Positions 1 to 10,598 of a DNA stretch of 64,000 bases are shown piece after piece; position 1 is the stretch's first letter; each line of letters starts with the position of its first letter. The notes beneath the pieces are model-generated. The model had not been told where the DNA came from. It saw only the letters and a list, made by a program, of their open reading frames with translations, and made no database searches. The stretch is from Phormidesmis sp. GTDB taxonomy: Bacteria; Cyanobacteriota; Cyanobacteriia; Leptolyngbyales; Leptolyngbyaceae. Where the stretch lies: positions 448,001 through 512,000 of the forward strand of contig CBDFJR010000002.1 in NCBI GenBank assembly GCA_965248535.1. The letters run 5' to 3'. The translations under genes and the position numbers were made by a program.

Positions 1-1
1 T

Positions 2-529
2 CCATTTCTGCGCCCGATTGAAGCTTGGCTGCATCACTATTTTGGCTGGTTGCCTTTATTTTCTAGCCCTCCGGTCGGGCCGGGAATGTTAGCGGCCGGT
101 GTGATTTTAGCGATTATGATTCTGCCCATTATCACGGCGCTTTCTCGCGATTCTCTAGCAGCACTGCCGTCTGATCTGCGCCTGGGCGCTTATGGGGTTG
201 GGTCAACCCGTTGGCAAACGATTTTTAGCGTTCTGATTCCTGCGGCGTTTTCGGGCATTGTTGGCGGCATTATGCTGGCGTTAGGGCGAGCGTTGGGCGA
301 AACGATGGCCGTCACGCTGGTAATTGGCAACAGCAACGATTTGAGCTTCTCGCTGATTGCTCCAGCAAACACGATCGCGTCTCTCATTGTGAGTCAATTT
401 TCAGAGTCAACCGGAATCCAAAAGTCAGCCCTGATGTATGCCGGATTGGTTTTGTTTGCTATCACCTTGGGGGTCAATATTCTCGCTGAATTAATTGTTC
501 GTCGAGTGAATGCCTACTCATCAAAGTGA
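2..529 (+). CDS. pstC: Phosphate ABC transporter permease PstC (5' partial; frame open from window start)
   Basis: Hydrophobic ABC permease with EAA-like loop (GAYGVGSTRWQTI) and GRALGETMAV motif; upstream of pstA/pstB. Confidence 0.95.
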   Translation, partial: PFLRPIEAWLHHYFGWLPLFSSPPVGPGMLAAGVILAIMILPIITALSRDSLAALPSDLRLGAYGVGSTRWQTIFSVLIPAAFSGIVGGIMLALGRALGETMAVTLVIGNSNDLSFSLIAPANTIASLIVSQFSESTGIQKSALMYAGLVLFAITLGVNILAELIVRRVNAYSSK

Positions 530-562
530 ATGCTGCTAAGAACCCTCCATTAAACATTATTT

Positions 563-1462
563 ATGACTTCTAGCACTCAACATCAGTCCTTTGACCACGC
601 TGCTGCCGAAGGAATGGAGCGCTCCTATTCCCGTCCCCAAACGGTGATGAATATTGTGTGGACAGCGATCGCGTTTCTATTATTAGGGATTGCTCTTTTA
701 CCGTTGCTGTTAGTCCTCTCCTATGTCACGATTAAGGGAGTCAGCCGATTTAACCTAGAGTTATTTACAGGACAAATTCCGGCTGCGCTTCAAGATGGCG
801 GCGGCATTGGCAGTGCCATTATTGGAACGCTGATTACCGTGGCAATCGCAACCCTGATTAGCGTTCCGATTGGCGTTCTTGCAGCAATCTATTTATCCGA
901 GTTCAGTCGTGGTCAACTAGCTGAATGGGTTCGTTTTGCGACCAATGTTTTAAGCGGTGTTCCCTCAATTATCGTTGGCATTTTTGCCTATGGGGTTTTT
1001 GTCGTGACAACGGGCAAATTTTCGGCCTTAGCCGGAGGATTTGCGCTTGCAATTCTCATGTTGCCTCTGATTGTGAGAAGCACTGATGAAGCGTTGCAGC
1101 TAGTGCCGCAAGAGGTGCGTTGGGCATCGGTGGGCGTGGGTGCTTCTAAATATCAAACCGTGTTACAGGTTGTGTTACCTGCTGCATTACCCACTATTTT
1201 AACTGGAGTAACGTTAGCGATCGCTCGTGCGGCTGGCGAAACAGCACCGCTCATATTCACCACGCTATTCTCACAGTTTTGGTCAAGAGGATTGTTTGAC
1301 CCGACTCCCACGCTGGCCGTTCTGATCTATAACTTTGCAACAGTTCCCTTTCAAAATCAGCAAGATATTGCGTGGGCAGCCTCTTTAGTCTTAGTGCTGT
1401 TTGTTTTGCTGACCAGCATTCTCGCGCACTGGGCAACCCGTAAAAGTCTCTATAACCGCTAA
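563..1462 (+). CDS. pstA: Phosphate ABC transporter permease PstA
   Basis: GVPSIIVGIFAY and ARAAGETAPL motifs; operon context. Confidence 0.95.
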   Translation: MTSSTQHQSFDHAAAEGMERSYSRPQTVMNIVWTAIAFLLLGIALLPLLLVLSYVTIKGVSRFNLELFTGQIPAALQDGGGIGSAIIGTLITVAIATLISVPIGVLAAIYLSEFSRGQLAEWVRFATNVLSGVPSIIVGIFAYGVFVVTTGKFSALAGGFALAILMLPLIVRSTDEALQLVPQEVRWASVGVGASKYQTVLQVVLPAALPTILTGVTLAIARAAGETAPLIFTTLFSQFWSRGLFDPTPTLAVLIYNFATVPFQNQQDIAWAASLVLVLFVLLTSILAHWATRKSLYNR

Positions 1463-1486
1463 CTTTAAACTTAGGCTAACGCTATT

Positions 1487-2329
1487 ATGGTGTCTCAAAA
1501 TCAGACCGATCGCCAAAAATCTGCATCCCAATCGTCTCAACAAAACAATCCATCTGAAGCCGTTTTGAGAACCGAAAATCTTAAGGTTTTCTACGGTGAT
1601 AAGCTGGCTCTCCAAGATGTGTCGATGGAGATTCCCAAAAACCAGATTACGGCATTTATTGGCCCGTCTGGCTGTGGCAAAAGTACCCTACTGCGCTGCT
1701 TTAATCGGCTCAATGATTTAATTGACGATTGCCGAGTAGAAGGCAAGGCTTTTTATCGCAATAAAGAACTCTATGCTTCTAAAGTTGACCCGGTTGAAGT
1801 GCGACGGAGAATTGGCATGGTGTTTCAAAAGCCAAACCCCTTTCCTAAATCGATTTATGAAAACATTGCCTATGGCGCACGCATCAACGGGCACAAAGAC
1901 AAGCTTGATGAATTAGTCGAAAAATCTCTGCAACAAGCCGCTTTATGGGATGAAGTCAAAGACAAACTCAGAGAAAATGGCTTATCGCTTTCGGGGGGGC
2001 AACAGCAGCGATTGTGTCTTGCCCGCGCTATCTCTCTCGAACCTGAAGTGATCTTGATGGATGAACCTACGTCTTCACTTGACCCGATCTCTAGCCAAAA
2101 GGTGGAAGAACTGCTGCAACAACTTAAAGAGAGCTATACGATCGTCATCGTCACGCACAGTATGCAGCAAGCCCAACGAGCTTCTGATTTTACGGCTTTT
2201 TTCAACGCCGAGGCAGCAGAAAAAGGAAACCGCTTTGGCTATCTAGTCGAACATAAGCAGACCCAAGCGATTTTTGATGACCCTCAAGAAGAGGCAACAA
2301 AAGCCTATGTGAGCGGGCATTTTGGCTAA
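1487..2329 (+). CDS. pstB: Phosphate ABC transporter ATPase PstB
   Basis: Walker [35 protein letters not shown], Walker B ILMDEP. Confidence 0.97.
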   Translation: MVSQNQTDRQKSASQSSQQNNPSEAVLRTENLKVFYGDKLALQDVSMEIPKNQITAFIGPSGCGKSTLLRCFNRLNDLIDDCRVEGKAFYRNKELYASKVDPVEVRRRIGMVFQKPNPFPKSIYENIAYGARINGHKDKLDELVEKSLQQAALWDEVKDKLRENGLSLSGGQQQRLCLARAISLEPEVILMDEPTSSLDPISSQKVEELLQQLKESYTIVIVTHSMQQAQRASDFTAFFNAEAAEKGNRFGYLVEHKQTQAIFDDPQEEATKAYVSGHFG

Positions 2330-2563
2330 CTGACCTCCTGCGCTCTTCCTGAAACCTCCGAGCAACTTCTAAAACTGCCGTTCACTCCCCGCTCTCCTAG
2401 ACAAAACTAGGCGGTGATGAGGCTAGATGGCCGAGATAGGGCACCCTAAGTCCAAAATAAACTTCGTCATTTAATCAAGCGGTTGACTCGATCGCGGGAC
2501 TGTTTTGATGACTTTAGTTTATCAGGCATCCCCTCATCGGCTAGAAGGAGCAAAGACCGAGTG

Positions 2564-5056
2564 ATGTTTCGAGATGGGCAAGGCGGTTTGGCATTAAGCA
2601 GCGATTCGCAAGCAAAAAATCATCTCTTGCAGCGCTGGCTTCAGAAATTTGTGGGCAGCCATTCTCAAAATCACCGCCAGATGACGCGATCGCGGCGGTT
2701 TTTGGTGCGATCGCTGTTGTTGGGGGCAACGGTTGTCGTCAGCGCGATCGCTCTGGGCAGCTACCAAGTGGTGCGAACCATCATTTTAGACAACCTCAAA
2801 AAGCAGACAATCTCAGAGGCTCATCAGGGCAGCGGAGATATTGATCAGTGGTTAGCAAGCCGCAAAGCAGAAGTCACAGTTTTAGCAAACAGCCCGATTA
2901 CTCGCACGATGAACTGGTCAGAGGTAGAACCCTACTTCAAAGCCGAGGTCAAGCGACAGCAAGACTTTGACCAACTCACCCTGGCTCAATTAGATGGCTC
3001 TTACGCTAACACCAACCCGGTCAAGGCAACCGGAACCATTCGCGATCGCGCCTGGTTTGCCAAGGGCATCGCCGGAGAAGCTTCGGTTTCTGACCCGGTG
3101 ATGAGCCGGACAGCCAAAGTCGCCAAAATCTTTGTGGGTGCTCCTGTTGTTTCCCCGTCTAGCCCCAAACCCCTCGGAGTTGTTGGAGAAGCCATTCGGG
3201 TCGATCGGGTGGTGCAAGTGGTCAACCAGATGCAGCATGATGCTGAGAGCTATGCGTTTGCGTTGAGTTCTGAAGGATTTTTGATTGCCCATCCCAATCC
3301 AGCGATGATTAGCACTCCAGAAAATCCGGGCCCTAACCTGCTGCGATCGCCCGATCCGGCTGTGGCTGCCGTTGCTCAAGAAATGGTCAATCATCACGAA
3401 GGGATTCGTCTAATCCAACTCGATGGCACCTGGAAATATATTGCCTATGTGCCCTTAACCGAAGCCAACTGGTCGGTGGCTCTGGTGATTCCGCGCCAAA
3501 CCATTGAGTCAGCTTTAGACGCTCTAAACGTGCTGGCAGGCATTCTCGGACTGGTGCTGCTGATTGCGATCGCCGGAGCCTGGCAATATGTGCAAGTCTA
3601 CGAACAAACTCGTCTACACGCTGCTCAAGAAGCCTTACTCAACCGCCTCACCACCTGCATTCGAGAATCGTTGGATCTGCCCACCATTGTCCAAACCACC
3701 GTCACAGAATTAAGCACCCTGCTAGACCTGGATCGCGTGTTTTTAGGCTCCTACAATGCAGTGACACAAACCCTGTCGCTGATAGGTGATTCTCGCATGA
3801 CTGAAGACCTTGATCAGCCCATTGAGTTTCAAACCAGCGCTCTAGACGATTTAGCAGATTCTCTCAAAAGCGGCAGCACGCTTCAACTCCACCCAGTCGC
3901 GCCTTCAGACCATGCTGCTTTGAATCTGACTGCCGGATCGTATCTGGCTTTAGCCAACCCAGATCAAGATGGGCAGACGGGCTTTTTAATCGGACTTCAC
4001 AACGGCAAATTAAACCCTGAAGATCAAGATTTGCTGAGAGCGGTCTCTGACCAACTCGCGATCGCGGTCACTCAGTCGCGGCTTTATAGCCAGACTCAGG
4101 CGCAAGTTGACCTCTTAAACCAAACGTTGACTCAGCTAAATCAGGCTCAGTTACAACTGGTTCAAAGCGAAAAGATGTCGAGTTTGGGGCAACTAGTAGC
4201 CGGAATTGCTCACGAAATCAACAATCCAGTCAACTTCATTCATGGCAACATTGTTCACGTTAATCAATATGCTCAAGAACTGTTAGATCTGCTGCATCTC
4301 TATCAACTGCATCTGCCTCAGCCTCCGGTTCCGATTCAAAACTTAGTCGAGTCAATTGATGTAGAGTTCATCAGCGAAGATTTTCCTAAACTGTTGATGT
4401 CGATGCAGGTTGGCACCCAGCGAATTCGAGAAATTGTCCGATCGCTACGAATATTCTCTCGGCTAGATGAAGCCGAAGTCAAAAACGTAGACATTCACGA
4501 AGGACTTGACAGCACCCTGATGATTTTGCGAAGTCGCCTCAAAGCAACCGCTACTCAGCGCGAAATTCAGGTAGTTAAAGCCTATGGTCAACTGCCCCCG
4601 GTAGAGTGCTATGCCGGACAGTTGAACCAAGTGTTTATGAATGTGATTAGCAACGCGATCGAGGCACTAGAAGCCTCATCATCGGTTGATCACGAGTCAT
4701 CTCGGTCAGACGCAACCCAAATCACCCCTGACCACCCACCGATCCCACAACCCACGATCCATATTCGCACCGAAGTCATTTCCCAGCACCAGATCAAGAT
4801 CTGCATTGCCGACAACGGTTCTGGCATTCCAGAGGCGATCCAATCCCGCATTTTTGATCCCTTTTTTACAACCAAACCTGTTGGCAAAGGCACAGGAATG
4901 GGACTAGCAACCAGCTATCAAACGGTGATCAAACAGCATGGAGGACGCTTGTCTTGCACCTCCACACCCGGACAGGGAACCGAATTTGTGATTGAAATTC
5001 CGATTCAGCAGTCTAAACGCGATGTCATCTCTGAGGCTAGCTCGACGCGAATTTGA
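2564..5056 (+). CDS. Membrane sensor histidine kinase (TM-dCache-TM-GAF-HisKA-HATPase); start uncertain (2483/2561/2564)
   Basis: Two TM segments flanking a dCache-like region (RDRAWF...VSDPV); GAF-like RIRESLDL; H-box AHEINNP; N-box and DNGSGI/GKGTGMGL G-boxes; AGGAG at ~2546. Confidence 0.9.
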   Translation: MFRDGQGGLALSSDSQAKNHLLQRWLQKFVGSHSQNHRQMTRSRRFLVRSLLLGATVVVSAIALGSYQVVRTIILDNLKKQTISEAHQGSGDIDQWLASRKAEVTVLANSPITRTMNWSEVEPYFKAEVKRQQDFDQLTLAQLDGSYANTNPVKATGTIRDRAWFAKGIAGEASVSDPVMSRTAKVAKIFVGAPVVSPSSPKPLGVVGEAIRVDRVVQVVNQMQHDAESYAFALSSEGFLIAHPNPAMISTPENPGPNLLRSPDPAVAAVAQEMVNHHEGIRLIQLDGTWKYIAYVPLTEANWSVALVIPRQTIESALDALNVLAGILGLVLLIAIAGAWQYVQVYEQTRLHAAQEALLNRLTTCIRESLDLPTIVQTTVTELSTLLDLDRVFLGSYNAVTQTLSLIGDSRMTEDLDQPIEFQTSALDDLADSLKSGSTLQLHPVAPSDHAALNLTAGSYLALANPDQDGQTGFLIGLHNGKLNPEDQDLLRAVSDQLAIAVTQSRLYSQTQAQVDLLNQTLTQLNQAQLQLVQSEKMSSLGQLVAGIAHEINNPVNFIHGNIVHVNQYAQELLDLLHLYQLHLPQPPVPIQNLVESIDVEFISEDFPKLLMSMQVGTQRIREIVRSLRIFSRLDEAEVKNVDIHEGLDSTLMILRSRLKATATQREIQVVKAYGQLPPVECYAGQLNQVFMNVISNAIEALEASSSVDHESSRSDATQITPDHPPIPQPTIHIRTEVISQHQIKICIADNGSGIPEAIQSRIFDPFFTTKPVGKGTGMGLATSYQTVIKQHGGRLSCTSTPGQGTEFVIEIPIQQSKRDVISEASSTRI

Positions 5057-5176
5057 TCAGGAGATTGCTAAATGCTGAGATCTTCGCCCTCCTTCTCAAA
5101 CTGGGAGAGGGGTGAGGGCGAGACAGCCTGGCAATGGTCGAGGTCACTCGAAGCGATCGCTCTACGTTAGCCTGTC

Positions 5177-6874
5177 TTAAATCGGGGGTAGCTCCTCCAA
5201 AATGGTGAAGCGGATGTGATTAATAGCCAGATCACCAAGAGACAAGTTAAACAAGTCGCCCACCGGAACGCCGCCACTTCTCAAAGACTCAAAGGTGACC
5301 CCTTTGCCGATTTCGGCATGAAACCAGGGCAACCCCATAAAAAAGCGAGTGGGATAGGGGCCCCGCTCAACGACATCATCGGGGTTTGACTCCATAGGCA
5401 GCCAGCCAAAACCGGGCACATAAAACTCGATCCAGACGTGGTTATAGTCAGGCTCTAACGGAATGCGCTGCCGCTCAGGGTAAGGAGGACATTTATAGCG
5501 TCCGACGGTGCGGCAGGCAATGCCATTGAGACGAGAGAGCGCCAGCAGCAGCCCGACATATTCACCACAGGAGCCAGTGCCGCGCTCTAAGACGACATCG
5601 GGCGGGTCAATATGAGGTTTGATGCCATAGGACAAGCGATCGTAGACAAAGTTACGAATCTTAAGAATTTTGCGAAGTAGATTGGTCTCGGTGCCGATCG
5701 CTTCTCGTGCCGCAGCTTGAATGGCGGGCGTATCCATCGCTAGCTCATCGTCGTCAATGAGATAACGCGCTTTAAACTCTGGCGATAGTTCAGGAACGGT
5801 ATTGACATCATCAGGGGTGAGTTGATATTTGATGCCTCGCACTTCGAGCAGCGCCTTCCAGCCAAAGATATGCCGCTCGTGGGGTTTGAGGGAGTCAAAC
5901 TTAAAGACGGCTATTTTTTGCCCTGCTTGCATCTCTTCGCTAAACGGCATCCCGATCGCTTCAACCTGCCTGACTTTTTGACGATCGGTTTCCGTCGGCA
6001 AAGCAATCCGCCACTCTAGATTTTCTAAATGCACTTCGTCGAGGGGCAGCAACTCTTCGACATAAGACATTTCAACCAAGTAGCCGTTTGAGAGCGCGTA
6101 GCGGCCCTTGGGATCATTGTGAAAGTAGAGCGGATGGACGAAGGTACGATCGCGAAACGTCAATTCATGGCTGGGGTCAGCATTGGGATTGTCGCGAATA
6201 TAGGCTTCTTCGCTCGCATAGGAGACATAGAGGGTTTGCCCTCCGGTTGCCGGGTTGGGCAAAAAGGCCACCGCAGTTGGGCACTCAAACGGCGTGAGCA
6301 GGCTAAACTGGAGCGCCCCAGTAGCGCGATCGAGGCAATAGACGGTTTGCTCAATGCGATCGCAGACCCAAAGTTCTTCATCGCGCACTGTCAGATTGGC
6401 GAGGCCAACCCCTGGCAAAGGAAACTGGGTAATTCTACGCTTAGTGCTGCGCTCATAGATAAAGATATAGCCTGCCTTTTGGCAAGTCACATAAATCGTA
6501 GACTCCCAAACGCCCACGCCATCAGCCGGATAAGGCAAAGAGGTGAAAAGCTGAGGAGTCAGATCGTCAAAGCTACAAAAATAAACATTGTTGTCTTGGG
6601 CAAACCAGATCGTTTCGCCCCAGATCGCCAAACCCGTCGCGTTGACAAAGGGTTCGGTGCTGTGGGCATTGAGCACGATCGTGTTGTCACTAGCGGGATC
6701 AAGCCGAACTAAATAGCCTCGAACTGAGTCGAGAGCCAGCAGTTGACCCTGCCATGCCGCCAACCCATTCAGCGCATAGACCGCGATCGGGCGAATGGTG
6801 CGGGGCTGTGTTTGAGACGGAGAAAGTACAGTCATCGGGGAGGGTTGCTCAGAGGAGATGCCGAGATTGAGCAT
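5177..6874 (-). CDS. Transglutaminase-like family protein with N-terminal beta-propeller-like region
   Basis: GTGSCGEY (catalytic Cys) and NHVWIEFY (His) motifs. Confidence 0.85.
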   Translation of the reverse strand: MLNLGISSEQPSPMTVLSPSQTQPRTIRPIAVYALNGLAAWQGQLLALDSVRGYLVRLDPASDNTIVLNAHSTEPFVNATGLAIWGETIWFAQDNNVYFCSFDDLTPQLFTSLPYPADGVGVWESTIYVTCQKAGYIFIYERSTKRRITQFPLPGVGLANLTVRDEELWVCDRIEQTVYCLDRATGALQFSLLTPFECPTAVAFLPNPATGGQTLYVSYASEEAYIRDNPNADPSHELTFRDRTFVHPLYFHNDPKGRYALSNGYLVEMSYVEELLPLDEVHLENLEWRIALPTETDRQKVRQVEAIGMPFSEEMQAGQKIAVFKFDSLKPHERHIFGWKALLEVRGIKYQLTPDDVNTVPELSPEFKARYLIDDDELAMDTPAIQAAAREAIGTETNLLRKILKIRNFVYDRLSYGIKPHIDPPDVVLERGTGSCGEYVGLLLALSRLNGIACRTVGRYKCPPYPERQRIPLEPDYNHVWIEFYVPGFGWLPMESNPDDVVERGPYPTRFFMGLPWFHAEIGKGVTFESLRSGGVPVGDLFNLSLGDLAINHIRFTILEELPPI

Positions 6875-7012
6875 CGGTGTTATTCAAATAAGCGGTCAGC
6901 ACTCCCAATCATAAACAAAACTATCCAACGATGAATGTATCAAGACACGCTCTATGCAAAAAATAGGCGGCAATAGAGGAAACTTTAAGTTAACGCACTC
7001 CTAGATCGCCCT

Positions 7013-7885
7013 ATGAATCAACGCGCTCTATTGTTAGTCAATCGTCATGCTCGCAAAGGGCAGCAGCTATTAGAGGCGGCAGTCAGCCAACTTAAATCAT
7101 TTGGATTTGAGCTACAAGAAGCCTCGATCGACGCGCCCGATCGTCTCTCTGAAATTATTCGCGATCATCGAGACACCGTGGATCTGGTGATCGTCGGAGG
7201 CGGTGACGGAACCCTCAACGCCTGTGCAGCAGGCTTGGTCGAGACTCACTTACCGCTGGGCATCTTGCCGTTAGGGACTGCCAACGATCTAGCCCGAACC
7301 CTGGGCATTCCGGCGACGCTGCCCGAAGCGTGTCAAATTATCGCCGCCAGAAACGTGCAGCCGATCGACTTGGGCTGGGTGAATGGCCAATATTTTTTCA
7401 ACGTCGCCAGTTTGGGACTGAGTGTGCAGATTACTCGCAATCTCACTAGAGAAGTCAAGCAGCGCTGGGGCGTTTTTGCCTATGCCGCGACCGCGATGCA
7501 GGCGCTGTGGAAGAGTCGGCGGTTTCATGCCGAGATTCAGCTAGAGGGAGGGCGATCGCAGAAAGTTCGCACCCTGCAAATTGCGGTGGGCAACGGGCGC
7601 TATTATGGCGGCGGCATGGCAGTGGCCAAAAATGCAGCGATCGACGATCAGCGCCTAGATCTCTACAGCCTAGAAATCAAACACTGGTGGCAGTTGTTGG
7701 CGGTGCTTCCGGCGATGCGGCGCGGCAGTCATGGGGTGTCGCCGTGGGTGCAGACGTGGCAAGGTCAGGAGTTTCATATTCACACTCGCAGACCGCGATC
7801 GATCAACACCGATGGAGAGATCACGACCTCGACTCCAGCTCATTTTAAGGTGGTGCCGAATGCTTTGTCGGTGATTGTGCCGTGA
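7013..7885 (+). CDS. YegS/Rv2252/BmrU family lipid (diacylglycerol-type) kinase
   Basis: GGGDGT, LPLGTANDLAR and VGNGRYYGGG motifs. Confidence 0.93.
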   Translation: MNQRALLLVNRHARKGQQLLEAAVSQLKSFGFELQEASIDAPDRLSEIIRDHRDTVDLVIVGGGDGTLNACAAGLVETHLPLGILPLGTANDLARTLGIPATLPEACQIIAARNVQPIDLGWVNGQYFFNVASLGLSVQITRNLTREVKQRWGVFAYAATAMQALWKSRRFHAEIQLEGGRSQKVRTLQIAVGNGRYYGGGMAVAKNAAIDDQRLDLYSLEIKHWWQLLAVLPAMRRGSHGVSPWVQTWQGQEFHIHTRRPRSINTDGEITTSTPAHFKVVPNALSVIVP

Positions 7886-7930
7886 GTTGGCGATCAGCTA
7901 AAAAATCTTGCCTTTTGTCAAGTTGCTTCT

Positions 7931-8284
7931 CTAAGCAACCGTTAAACCTAAAATAATGGCTATGGAGATTTCTAACTGTTTAATGTGAAGACTATCAAGA
8001 TGACCAATCACTCGGATAACTCTTGATTTGTCGATCACTCGGATCTGTTCGCCTAAAATCACTGAATCTTGGCTGAGTCCCCCAATGCCTGCGGGAACGA
8101 AAACGTGAGAGGGCAGCAAAGAACGGCGAATTTTAGATGTGAAAGGAGTAATGATTGTATGAGAACTGGCTGCATTGGCTCGATCAATTTGCACTACAAC
8201 AACAGGTCGGATTCCTGCTTGTTCTGTACCAATGACAGGATTGAGATCGCACAACACTACATCGCCTCTTATGACCGCTACCAC
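7931..8284 (-). CDS. Type II toxin, PemK/MazF family endoribonuclease
   Basis: RGDV...LNPVIGTEQAGIRPVVVV and DSVILGEQIRVIDKSR motifs. Confidence 0.92.
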   Translation of the reverse strand: MVAVIRGDVVLCDLNPVIGTEQAGIRPVVVVQIDRANAASSHTIITPFTSKIRRSLLPSHVFVPAGIGGLSQDSVILGEQIRVIDKSRVIRVIGHLDSLHIKQLEISIAIILGLTVA

Positions 8285-8502
8285 TGAATTTCTCCATGCG
8301 CTAGACGGTCTTCATAGTCCTCTAAATTTTTTAGATAGTCAGAAAAGTCTGATTCAACGATCTCTAAAGACTCTGCTGACTGAAGCCACGATCGGGTTCG
8401 GTTGTGTTTGATGAGCAGAAAGTCAATGAAGTCGTTGACTTCTGTGACTAGAGATTCAGGCATTTGACGAAGTTTGGCGATCGCTTGCTCATGAGTAGTC
8501 AT
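8278..8502 (-). CDS. Putative antitoxin (DUF2281-like)
   Basis: 74 aa; LRQMPESLVTEVNDFIDFL pattern, acidic C-terminus; overlaps the toxin start by 7 nt. Confidence 0.75.
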   Translation of the reverse strand: MTTHEQAIAKLRQMPESLVTEVNDFIDFLLIKHNRTRSWLQSAESLEIVESDFSDYLKNLEDYEDRLAHGEIQW

Positions 8503-8564
8503 GGGTTGTCTGCGTTATCTACTTTCTTTAGGATAATGGCTATTGAGTGGCGATCGCGCCTGTT

Positions 8565-8804
8565 CTAACCCTCATCGGTCTCAGCATCTTTGAGAAACAG
8601 CCGAATAAATTCTTCAGCCGCCTCTGGTTTAAGCGTTCGTAACGCCCGATAAGTCTCAAACAATGCTTCTGCTAGTGGATCTCTGTCTTCACTGACCCAA
8701 CGACTCACCACTCCAGCATTAATTCCCATTGTTTTTGCAAGTCGGCTCTGGCTAATTGCGTGAGTCTTTAATACTTGTCGAAGGGCATTCCCTGCTTTTC
8801 CCAT
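8565..8804 (-). CDS. XRE-family helix-turn-helix regulator
   Basis: MGKAGNALRQVLKTHAISQSRLAKTMGINAGVVSRWV HTH; ATG at 8804 preferred over the longer ORF. Confidence 0.85.
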   Translation of the reverse strand: MGKAGNALRQVLKTHAISQSRLAKTMGINAGVVSRWVSEDRDPLAEALFETYRALRTLKPEAAEEFIRLFLKDAETDEG

Positions 8805-8978
8805 GCGTGAAATTTTGACAGAGCCTTTTGAGCGGGTAGTATTGCCAACTGACAGAATAAACGATAGACTCTTGCCAGATGACAAGGTTGTTGTCTATCA
8901 ATTGTTAAGAACCAGCCTCGCCCTGGAAAAGCATTTGGGCTGGTTCTTAGCTCCAATTCGCATGGAGACGTAATTATT

Positions 8979-9188
8979 ATGCCTTACAAAGACCGCCTCG
9001 AAGCTTGGGCTGTCATTCGACTGCTGCCAAAAATGCAGCGAGTTGTCGTCGCCCGTCGTCGCACCGCATCGGATGCCGAGGGTTATTGTCAGATATTACG
9101 CCGCTTAAACCCTAACGATGAATTCGTCGTCGTGTTTGATCCTGTTTTTGACGATCGACTAACCGTGAGGGTCAATGGAGACACCTAG
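8979..9188 (+). CDS. Small hypothetical protein, divergent from the XRE gene
   Basis: GGAG upstream; WAVIRLLPKMQRVVVARRR..SDAEGY pattern I recall from small cyanobacterial proteins. Confidence 0.65.
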   Translation: MPYKDRLEAWAVIRLLPKMQRVVVARRRTASDAEGYCQILRRLNPNDEFVVVFDPVFDDRLTVRVNGDT

Positions 9189-9189
9189 C

Positions 9190-9393
9190 ATGAAGCCAGA
9201 TTTTACAGCGATGAGCCGAGCCGACCTGAGAGCTTATGTATTGCAGCATCGAACCGATCAAGATGCAATTCAGGCGCTGATCGATCGCTTGGTAGCCGAT
9301 CCAAACGCCATAACTTACGCACCAGAAGATGCCGATCGCTTCTCAGAAATTTATGCCGAATCTCAAAGCCGTCATCGCGAGCAAGCCAGTTAG
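9190..9393 (+). CDS. Small hypothetical protein (DUF6887-like)
   Basis: MKPDFTAMSRADLRAYVLQHR pattern; starts 1 nt after the previous stop. Confidence 0.65.
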   Translation: MKPDFTAMSRADLRAYVLQHRTDQDAIQALIDRLVADPNAITYAPEDADRFSEIYAESQSRHREQAS

Positions 9394-10469
9394 CCCAATC
9401 GATATTTAAGCCAAAACCCCAAAAGCGGCAGTGCGATTCGATAGCCGTGCTCTGCGCCATACACTAGACCCTTTTGCTCTAAGCTGGCTAACGCTCCCTG
9501 CAAGCCGCCGCCTCTCGACAGATGGTGTTTGTGGATATAGTCTCGCGACTGAGGGCTATCGGTTGGGTCAAGGGCCAGACTTTCTAACACTCTCACTTGG
9601 CTGTGGGGCAACAGCAAAATCAGCGATTCAAACGTCACTGAGAGATCTTCGACGAGAGCTAAGGCGCTGCGATGGATGTGATGAGGCTCAATCACGATCG
9701 TAGACAACCCCGATCGCTGATCAAGCCAAACTCTTCGAGCCAGGGCGATCGCGTCTCCAAAGTGCCCCTGCACCGCGTTGAGAAATAACAATTGACTCGC
9801 TGGCTCAAGCTGAAATCCTTTGGCCGCCATGCTCGTCTCAAGCCAGGGTTGCAGATCGCGATCGTGAAGCGGAGCTAACGAAACCACTTTTAGATCACTG
9901 GGTTGCGTCTGCTGTTGGGCAACCGTTGCAATCAGGGCATAGCTGACTCGGCTTTGCTGCCGGATCTCGTGACGCAGATGATGCTCCCATTTGCTGGTGC
10001 GATCCCACGATCGTAGGTGAGGAAAGTTTTGAAACATCAGCACAACCCGACAATCGAGCCACTCGGCCATCACCTGAGGCAATGTCAACAATGCCTGAAA
10101 TAATGACCACTCTTTGCCAGCCGACAGATGCCAAACTAGGGTCGCCCGTCCGTTTGGTGATTGCAGCACCACAGGCTGATCTTGGCTCCAGCGCTGAATT
10201 AGAGCCTGTTCGTTAGAGTTGCTAAAGGCTGACATCAGTCCTTCGGCTAGGAGTTGAAGGAAGCGATCGCAGCTAGTTGCCCTCAAACAGTCGATGTCGA
10301 TCACCCGCGCTCCACTTTGTTTAGCCGCCCAGCGAATCAAGGTACGCCTGCCAATTCCGGGCACGCCTGCCAATAGCAAATCTTCATCCGCAGACAGAAT
10401 GGCGCTGATCTGATCTAACTCAGTCTGCCTGCCCACAAGGGTTTGCGAAATAAATGGGTTATCTGACAT
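9390..10469 (-). CDS. AAA/STAND-like ATPase-fold protein with degenerate P-loop and C-terminal winged helix
   Basis: LVGRQTEL, GVPGIGRRTL (Walker-A-like, Lys replaced by Arg), C-terminal LASLEQKGLV. Confidence 0.75.
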   Translation of the reverse strand: MSDNPFISQTLVGRQTELDQISAILSADEDLLLAGVPGIGRRTLIRWAAKQSGARVIDIDCLRATSCDRFLQLLAEGLMSAFSNSNEQALIQRWSQDQPVVLQSPNGRATLVWHLSAGKEWSLFQALLTLPQVMAEWLDCRVVLMFQNFPHLRSWDRTSKWEHHLRHEIRQQSRVSYALIATVAQQQTQPSDLKVVSLAPLHDRDLQPWLETSMAAKGFQLEPASQLLFLNAVQGHFGDAIALARRVWLDQRSGLSTIVIEPHHIHRSALALVEDLSVTFESLILLLPHSQVRVLESLALDPTDSPQSRDYIHKHHLSRGGGLQGALASLEQKGLVYGAEHGYRIALPLLGFWLKYRLG

Positions 10470-10598
10470 CGGGTGCTAGGTTGCTGTGCGGTTTTCAGTT
10501 CACTGAATTTGGAGTAACTAATCTATACTCTAAATCGGAAAGTCTACACTATTTGATAGTGCTAAAAGTAATTTTTAGGCACTATTATTAAGTGCTGC

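Noticed and set aside
5082..5122. GC-rich imperfect hairpin TCGCCCTC...GAGGGCGA (similar degenerate element near 55540-55600)
   Set aside because: Probably a common REP-like or terminator remnant between convergent genes; too degenerate to classify
6119..6712. 197-aa plus-strand ORF and other long antisense ORFs in the track
   Set aside because: They lie fully opposite well-supported genes and show no recognisable motifs
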